Program-made: the position numbers and the translations under genes
Shown: one piece after another, positions 54,968-64,000 of the stretch
Layout of the letters: each line of letters begins with the position of its first letter
Position numbering within the stretch: position 1 is the first letter of the stretch
Notes under the pieces: model-generated
Seen by the model: the letters and a program-made list of their open reading frames with translations, nothing else
Database searches by the model: none
What the model was told of the DNA's origin: nothing
NCBI RefSeq assembly: GCF_026571515.1
Contig: NW_026856866.1
Span: 124,001 to 188,000, forward strand
Length of the DNA: 64,000 nt
Source: Ruditapes philippinarum
Taxonomy: Eukaryota
Direction: 5' to 3'

Positions 54968-56624
54968 CGCGGTAATATAGGAGAACTCTGATTATAATTA
55001 ATATATGAAAAGTCACGAGAATTCTAGAGATGTGACCCCTACATTTCTATCTGTTCACGTGATACACAAAAACATACACAATCACACCATCATATCATTT
55101 ATTCTTCGCAATTTTACGCAAGTCATCAAATCCGATATTGCCATGATATATTCAAGAAACTGATCTTAAATAAACAGCTATATCTACACACTTCAAAATA
55201 ATACAAAACAATATTTACAAATTAAATGAGGCTTTTGTAATTATACAAAAAAATATATGAGATATGAACATAAAATATAAAGAAGAGATAAAAACAAATA
55301 TAAAACTGGATAGACCAAAGTATATTGAAAGATAAAAATGAAAGGAAACTCGATCTTCAATGGATTTTAAGACTTAAAACTCAAACTGAAGATCATAGTG
55401 TTACAGAGTAAATGAGTGACAGATACATATGTAAAGATGCATTGTTCTTGGAAAGCTTACTTTTGCCTGGAATTACAATATTATTATGTTTTTGCCCTGT
55501 GAGTCACATAAACCTTTGTTTAACATTCAAATATCCATTATCATTTTTATTGACTTAGTTAATGAACTTGGTGAAACACAACAATTAGAAAAGCAAGTAT
55601 TGTAAATGAAATGGAACTATCACACTTATGAAACAACAGCAAAGCTTTTGGATATGAAACAACCATTATATCAACAACTTGTATTTTATATTATCTTCGA
55701 AATTATTCCAAACCATATTTCCTTGACAAGACTTTTTATAACTATTTGTTACAAAATTCAAGACTTGTTTCGGTATGTCAATCACGCGTCAAGAACTAAT
55801 ATCTCACTCAATGTTAAGGTTCAATTTGTACTTCATCTGTATATTTCTTTCAGAAGAGACTATCTTCAATATGTGGAACTTTCAGTAATATAATATAGGA
55901 ATTGCTAGAACATTAGCAATATTTGCGTTCTTTTAAACAAATATTAATGACACGCATTTACAAAATATAGTTAACATAATAAAGTGTTTGTTTGCTTAAG
56001 AATATAAACGTTTCTTCTCACTGTTGGTCAGAAAAAGGAAAATTATCACAGAACAATAAACATGTCACCATACATCGTAAATATAGTTCTCAAATTTCCC
56101 TAGATTGATAAAGCATCTAAATCAAACAAAATACCACTAAATCTTTCAAATGTTATGTCATTCGCCATGTAATATATGTTTTATATTTGAAACATATCTG
56201 GTTGGCTCGCCAACTTTGTTTTCTATTGCCCTTCTTATCAGTTGTCGGCGAGACGCAATGACGGCAAAAGTGTGGGCATGTTTACGTTATTTCTACAGGT
56301 TTGAAGGCTTTTACTTTAAAGAAGTGTGTGTTATATAATTGCCATTCTTTCTTAGAACAAAGCCGTAGTTTAAAACACTTCTATTGGAGCATTTCGATAA
56401 GGTTTGGTCATGTACTCGTATTATACGAACAAAACATGTACAAAAAAAAACCCAATGTATATATCGCGGACTTCTGGTCCCGTTTTGCCTTTTTAACGTC
56501 CATAGATTCATGAAATGCGTTTCCTGTAGAAGAGGGGATAATAATTCATACTATTTTTGAATGAAATATTTCATTAACATTAACAAAATTGTATAGTATC
56601 CTTTTATTGCATAAACTATGTATG

Positions 56625-56750
56625 CAAGACTGTACAGTGCAAAACAGTATAGTTCTTTGCAATGCAGTTCAGTATAGAGTAATACAGTAAAGTACTGAAC
56701 AATGCAGTACAGGACGAAGCAATACAATATAATAAAATTCAGTACAATGG
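56625..56750. repeat. Degenerate pentamer satellite (CAGTA/CAATG)n
   Basis: 5-nt periodicity of cagta, caatg, caata units. Confidence 0.7.
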
Positions 56751-59361
56751 ATCACTGTTTAAATGATATTCGTTCTCTATGGCAAACTGTGTGGTGCATA
56801 TAATATGAGCCAAGGTAGCATTACGCTATGATTCTCAAACCTGATTTGTTCAGGGCATGTTCTAGAAATATTATATGCAAAAGTATTTCCTTTAGAGTAC
56901 CAGGTCTTTGCACAATTAAAATATTATCTGATCAGCATACGACGGATATACTGTTTCCTGAAAAATTCCTCCGACTAGTCGTCGTGCAAAATTACACAAA
57001 AAGAACATTACGTTACGAGAAAATCTCTTTAATTTTCTGCTAATGTTCCCGTTTCAAAGTGTTCCCTGGTCATGCTGCCTTCCCAGTCTTATGACTTTAG
57101 ATAAGATTTGTTTTACTGATTTAGAATTTTATATCCCAATTAGAACTACTGATAGACATCGCGATTATCTTTATAGATTAAACCACATTTCAACTTGTAC
57201 ATAAGATTTTAATATTTGTCCGCCCGATAATACACTGAAAACAGATTAGAGCTTTTCGTCTTGTATATTTTTTCAAATCATTACCGCTTCTATGAAAGAA
57301 AATCGGTTAAAATACAAGCGTTGGGTTTATAAAGTACTCTTCATTTTTTGAGGTAAGTAAAGTCTTCTTTGAAAAGCCATGCGTACTATTCTTTGAAAGG
57401 AAAAAAGTCGTTCTGCATTTAATTGATATTTCAAATATGTTTCTATCTGTATGTAATCTTTTGAATGTTTGCCTTTGAAAATTATTCCGTGTTTTTCTTT
57501 TTACAAATGTTTCTTTTTAGTTTCGGTACATGAAACATATATTTTTATATGTCTTTAAATAAAATATAAAAACGCGAATAACAGGTTCTGAAAGGCAGAG
57601 TGCGGGCGTCGGCAATGCACTTTGAATTTGTTTTAGCACATCAATTTAGAGCGGGCGAGCTATTAATCAAAGTTAGAGATCGGAGCGTGTTTTCTACTGA
57701 TAAGGAACCATTTTCATATCAAATCTTATCAAAATTCCATCCTAGATGAGAGATTGACAACATCCATTTACAGCTTTAGCATGTTAATAAAAAACTTCGG
57801 CACAACTGTTCACTATGTTTTTTGAGGCAGAATTAAATGTACAAAACGCATTCTTTGAGGTAATTTTTCATGTTCCTTGAGTTGCCTCGCAGTTGGACAA
57901 GCCCGGCTTATCAGCTTGGAGATATCGCGGTATGATAAGTTTTGATATAAATCCATATCTTATCTTAGTTAATGTTTAAGTTTTAATGGGTGACGGGCTG
58001 ATTACGAAAGTTAAATTACGTACTCCAACGGTGTTCGGAACTGCTTTGTATCCGCGCATGACAAGGTCGGACGGAATCGTGCGAAAAATGATAAATAGTT
58101 GAAAATTCTATAAATCACGGCACTGGATAGTAAGATAAGTGTGCACAAAAACAAATAGGTGATCGAACCCAGATCGCGAAAAGTTTTCAAAATATAATTG
58201 ATGAGACATGTTACAATTTTTTTTCTCACTTAGTCTATCTCATTATAAATCAATTTCAATCACACAGACCTGATCATTATCCCCTGTAGGTCGACCTTAA
58301 GTTTATTAAAAATCGTAAAACATTTTGGCATAAGAAATAAAAACAAAGTGATATATAGTATAGTAAATTTTATATAGATACAAATGCATTCTTCGTTTGA
58401 TAGAGCACAATGCAGAACATTAATGTTAACGTACGATGAAAAAAAAAGAAACACGGCGGAAGCTTATTTTCTGTTTTTCTGGTACCGTTGAATGGGAAAG
58501 CTTGCTAGACGGTGCAGAACAATGTTTTGTCCAATTAATGTCAGTCAAGACGGGAGCCAGTGACTGGAACTCGTGATTTTGATCAAAATCAAATCGAGGC
58601 TGATGATGGACGCATCACACACCGTAAAGTATAAAAACATATTGTTAAACAATGCTAAAAACGTATGTGTTGACTTCCGTATCAATGCATTTACTATGTA
58701 TAGCCTTGTTTATTCAACAAAATGCAAACAGCTGGCATGGACTTCATTTTTCTTTAAAATGATATTATATACAAATATTAAATTAACGATGAGCGCGTAA
58801 AACCTATGTTAGAGAGGTTCCACTTGTTTTCTTGTAGATCCTGTAAGCACATTACATAAAATTGTGTCCTGAAATACATCGTGATATCTTAATTTATAAA
58901 TAAAGATATGTGCGCACATATACCATGTGATTAAACTACTTGGGCGGGAGACAAGAAAATGTATAAAATGATGTAATTGTTATCTAGAAGGTGTGTTTGA
59001 CAACAGCTTGCACATTTTATATAACCAGCGTATCTCAAATGAAGCCCGCCCACTGAATAATATCAGAGAGAATAAATTTCGTTTAATACCGTACCCTTTT
59101 TAAAATGATGTTTGAAAGTTATAATTGTCAAATTAAAAAAAAATAAGCTTTTGAACATTTACAAAAACTGGCCATTTCAGTTGAATTTTTTATTATAGAA
59201 TCTCCCCTTAAACATTACTTTTTAATCATATATCGAAAAAAAAATCTTATGTTAAACAATAAGCTCCATAAGTTAAAAACAAATAAAGAAATGTGTAATT
59301 AAAAGTGTGACCATAACTACATGTATATCTTGTTGAAACAATGACAACTATACCACAATAA

Positions 59362-59519
59362 NNNNNNNNNNNNNNNNNNNNNNNNNNNNNNNNNNNNNNN
59401 NNNNNNNNNNNNNNNNNNNNNNNNNNNNNNNNNNNNNNNNNNNNNNNNNNNNNNNNNNNNNNNNNNNNNNNNNNNNNNNNNNNNNNNNNNNNNNNNNNNN
59501 NNNNNNNNNNNNNNNNNNN
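59362..59519. other. Assembly gap (158 N)
   Basis: N run. Confidence 1.
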
Positions 59520-60289
59520 CATATGTTTTGCCATCGTTAATTATATGATATAATTATAACGAAAAATGAAGTCCATACCAGCTGTTTGCAATCGGTTGAA
59601 TAATAAATGCTTAACACAGTAAATACATAGAAACTGAAGTCAACACAAGTATTTACATAGTAAATATATCAAATATTCGTCAAATCAAACACAGGTACCA
59701 TAATATTTGTAATATTATGATGACTAAAATATGTATGTGATATGAATCAAATTGCTGTCGGCCTGTTTGAAAACAAAGCTTTCTTTATCAACGCCTTTAA
59801 TCTGCCCGCTGGAACAACATTTGCATACCATACCGTGACTGTCATTTTATTTCATTCTGAATCGTTCAACATTAACTTGTATATAATTTCCCGAGGAGTG
59901 TGCACTTAACTATGTACGCCCGAAGCCTCATGTACCGGTCCTACATCAACGGAATAGCTACCCGGTGTCTTGTTCCGAATCACCCGAAATAACTTTATAA
60001 TAAAAGGAGCATAAAATATTAATAATAATAATAACAACAAAGATACAAGTACAAATATCGGTTTGATAAAATCTTCAAACCATCACCCGCTAGACCAAAA
60101 AAGAGTATTAGTCTAAAAGGCCCAGCATATGCTGTAATTCCTTTACAACGGTACTCTGTTTTAGTATAAATATCTGAATTCAACTACCTCTAAAAACCTA
60201 AATACATACAGGCTTAAAACATGTAACATAGACATTATTTTTATATTCATTTCTGAAGCATTTTCATATTAAGGATGGTTAAAAGATAA

Positions 60290-61110
60290 AAGCAACCTAG
60301 AGAATTGAAAAGAATTGAAGAATGGTACAATAGAGAGCTAGTGACATTTGTAAAATCATTGCTTTGAAAACCTGTGTTCCAAGAATTATTCCTTCGATTC
60401 TATTTTAAATTTATTTGACATGAAAATGTTTAAGACGTACTGCGACAAATGACAGTTAAAGTAATGCTTGAATAACAAATAATAAACAAATACAATGTCA
60501 TAGATTAACATCAGATGTAACCGAATGTGAAGGATGTAGAGACCATACTGTTACAAAAGATTTTATGTCCACATTTTATGAAATGGACCACCCTGATTTA
60601 CAAGATATACTGTATCTGGTTCTTGGACACCTTTCTAATCCGCCTTACAAATCACTCATTCATCGCCTTCGTGATAATCCTGACAAGATCTCGACAAAAC
60701 TTAAAACTTTTTTTAATGAAAAGCATACTCTACACGCTGGAGTTTTATTAGAATCTGAGACTGAACATTTTGACGTGGCTTCAGGTTTTGAAGCTATCAC
60801 TGTCTTGTTATTTAGGAAATGGTATTTTCATCAGGTGATTGTTATCAAACTTTCTCTCGAGGAAATCTATAAATCCTCGTCTTGATTGAGAGGCTTATCT
60901 TTGGCCCTACTTATCTTGACAATTTCTGCTTGATGATTATGCTTCCCTTGTCAAGCTAAGCTAGAAATATGACGCAAAATCTGATGAAATTGATGACAAT
61001 CTGCATCCAAGCCGTGGAGCGCTTACCTATCTTCAGTCTACTTAGCAACAGGATGAATTATTATTATGACCTTCAACATGAGATAAAGAGTCCTATTTTG
61101 ATAAATGAAA
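60290..61110 (+). pseudogene. Possible decayed intronless coding relic, family unknown
   Basis: 106-aa ORF 60565..60885 of ordinary globular composition, plus an upstream fragment PRELKRIEEWYNRELVTFVKSLL*KPVFQELFLRFY. Confidence 0.3.
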
Positions 61111-61447
61111 AAAGTTCTTTCTCATATAATACTGGTATATAATAGACTCATTGGTATCCTCTTGTTGTCAGATTAGAAATCAACTTTTATTGGCCTTAGA
61201 AAACTGTATGACCTGTCTGTTACACGATGTATGTTTTGACCTTGTAGAAATATTCGGCGATATATTCACCAATATTAAAATGGAATTCACGTTGTTTAAT
61301 ATAACAAATATAGCAAAAGATTCATATGTAAGATCATCCGTGGATATTAGCATATTCGTAATGCTAATGTATGAAGCTGTCCGACTACTAATTCAACCTT
61401 GTTTATCACTGTTACTTTATAGATATTTGCATTGCTAATCGTACTTC

Positions 61448-61911
61448 GTGAAAGCGAAACTTTTATCATTTGATATCCAACCTTACATACAAAAGCTGTT
61501 AAAAAAAAGCATTTATGTTTGTATATACTCGAACAGATATTTTTTCAACTTCACTGGGATATATGTATTAGTTGACATATAACCTTGGGAAAATTACATA
61601 TATTCCTTCATTTCTAGTACGTGGATTCGTTAATGTATATGATATAAGATTTGCAGCATAATTTTATACATATATTCCTTCTTTCTTGGTAAGTAGGTTC
61701 GAATATTCGTAAGCCTGTCTTCAGTTGCAAGGCACTTGCATAATGTTTATATAAGGTCTTTTTAACATTATTTTTTCATGAGCAAGGCCCGATTATGCAC
61801 ACGCAATGGTGTAATAAAAGGACCAAGCTTAATTGGTGAAAGCGAAACTATTGTCATATGATATTCAACCATACGTACAAAAGCTGTTAAAAAAGGCATT
61901 TATGTTTGTAT
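61448..61911 (+). repeat. Local nested direct duplication (A-B-B-A)
   Basis: A: gtgaaagcgaaact...gcatttatgtttgtat at 61448-61524 and 61836-61911. B: tacatatattccttc...ttcg at 61595-61629 and 61667-61701. Confidence 0.85.
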
Positions 61912-62304
61912 GAAATATTGATATTGAATAATGAAGTCAGTTAAAATGCAAACTGAAAACACAAAGAAAAATGCTATTGAATCTAAAGTAAAAACATTTA
62001 CTAAAATTATTTGTTCACTTTATTTTCTGAACTATCTCAGATATATTAATCATATTAGTACGGTTAGCAATTCAGATATCTGTAAAGTTAGAGTGATAAA
62101 CTAGTTTGAATGAGTAATTGGGCAGTTCATGCCTGAGAATGTCGTCATTTTGCAGATAACACACTTTCTGTTGGAAGTCTTTTGAAAGGTATGGATTCAT
62201 TATATGTGGTATATTACAAGTGACTGCCGAACTACAGACGAAGATGTCGCTTACATTTATGAACAAAATATTTGTTACAATACTCCTCATTTAGCTGATA
62301 AATA

Positions 62305-62592
62305 CCTTCAGCTTGCTAGAATCGAAAGTTACTAGCCTTAGCCATCAGTAAGGGGTTGGTTCAACCTATCTGGCCAGGCTCTATATTGTGTATTCTATAT
62401 TGAAATCCCTTTAGTTTTTTGTATCATGTGTAGTATATCTATATATGTTAATTGTATCATGTAACAAGAAACATTACTTGTTTACGTAACTTAATAAAGA
62501 ATCTTGAAATCTTAAAAATCTTTAAATGGACGGTCTGCTTCATATTAAAACTTGGCCAATCCATTACAAAAATTCAGCAGGTCAAGGGTTAA
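62305..62592 (+). mobile_element. Decayed non-autonomous DNA element with CAGCAGG..AAGGGTTAA terminus
   Basis: 3' end ttcagcaggtcaagggttaa and a degenerate internal hairpin-core-like segment (62335-62395). Confidence 0.45.
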
Positions 62593-64000
62593 TAAAATGT
62601 TTTCTAATGAGGCTAGTAGTATATAATTATATATTATTTTATAAAACTTTGATGCATATGGGTCACTTACTCTGTCTATGAGTTATTTCTCCACCAGTTT
62701 AATCGCTAAATGAATTTTAAAGACTCTTTGCAATTTTTAACCCGGACAAGAACTATCTTTTTACCTTTATTCATTATTTTATCGGTCTGACTTTATTTAC
62801 GTGTACATTTTATTTTTATAAATGAAAATGTAAATAGCTAAGATCGAATTCTGTTGTACTCTTCAGTTAACATAAATGTTTTATTAGTCTGACACCTTCA
62901 TGGTACTGTTACATATTAATCATAGTTTTGCGGTATTCATTCTATTGTGGCTATAGTATAGCTGTTGCAACTTGAAGATCAGTTAACGAACTTTGTTTGC
63001 GTTGTAAGATTATAAATTGTTAATAACATTTAATTCACCGGTTTCACTAGTGGTTACCTTTTTTACTTTCGCATTTACCTTTCTTACATTATTCATGAGT
63101 AAAGACAGAGTTGGGTATCAAAATAATATGTGGGGTCGCAATTCAATAGACTACACGTACACCGTAACCAATTAACTAACGTTATTAAATACTCCCGCCG
63201 GACCAACGATACGCGCAACACAAATTGAGGTCGTTTTAACTTCGACCTTTTAATGGTTTCTAATTATATTTTAATGGAATATTGATACTTTTGTCCTATT
63301 GCTTATTAAGTAAACTTATCTTTGGTATTTATCGGAGGCATGCTGCCAATTATGTTTCCTCAAGCTGTGCTTTGTAATGAGTATTTCTTAATGACATAAA
63401 AGGTCCAACAACACGTAACTTTGTAACTTTAAAACATTTATTCTCGGGTTTCGTTATCTTTAACTTTGTCGGGAATAATATCATACATGTATTATAACAT
63501 ATGAATAGAGGATATTTGTTTGTTTTGCATGTAAGATCGAAATATATTTTTGATTTTATAAATTTAAAAAGATATAAAAAAAAATCAGAGAAAACTTTAT
63601 AATTGTTTCAATTCTTTACTAAGAAAATGTTATGTATGCTTTTATTAAAAAATATCTAGGTGTTCTTTAATAAAATAAACTTCTTGCATTTTTCTTCTGC
63701 ATTACTGCTCGAATGGCAAGAATAGGAACAGTTTTATCCTTCTCAATTTACCGCCAAAAATGTAAATAAATAGCATAAACTGCTAAATTTTTTCTTGCTT
63801 TAATAGTGTTCAAAAATTGTAATACATTAATTTCATGTATAAGAATTGTATTGTATTAAAAACGATGTCAAAGCAACATAACGAGCATCATGGCAAAGTG
63901 TCATTATCTAGGCTACAAATGGATCGGTGAGCAATGCTAAAACATAATGACAAAATTATTTGAAAAATTGTAAGAACTATGACTTAAAATTAACATTCTT

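Noticed and set aside
21331-59534. ORFs containing X runs at the three gaps
   Set aside because: Artefacts of translating N gaps.

Overview
AT-rich eukaryotic (metazoan, mollusc/bivalve-like by repeat content; the taxon is inference) genomic scaffold with three N-gaps. The only well-supported gene is a minus-strand GATA1/2/3-class (grain-like) transcription factor. Three coding exons are visible (17645-17420, 14319-13819, 8444-8299) and splice in frame through canonical GT-AG sites with phases 1, 1, 0. The 146-nt exon encodes the complete N-terminal zinc finger and is missed by the ORF track. I did not find the C-finger exon in 1-8298, so it probably lies left of the window. About 45 kb upstream contains no intact gene: it holds candidate cis-regulatory motif clusters, four copies of a palindromic Sola-like MITE, related decayed elements sharing the same 70-bp hairpin core, dispersed and tandem repeats, and two possible decayed coding relics. 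The most unusual structure is a 95-nt strand-asymmetric hairpin at 32148-32242 with single-stranded-DNA folding signatures. Nearly all other ORF-track entries are chance ORFs. No prokaryote-type systems (CRISPR, operons) are present.
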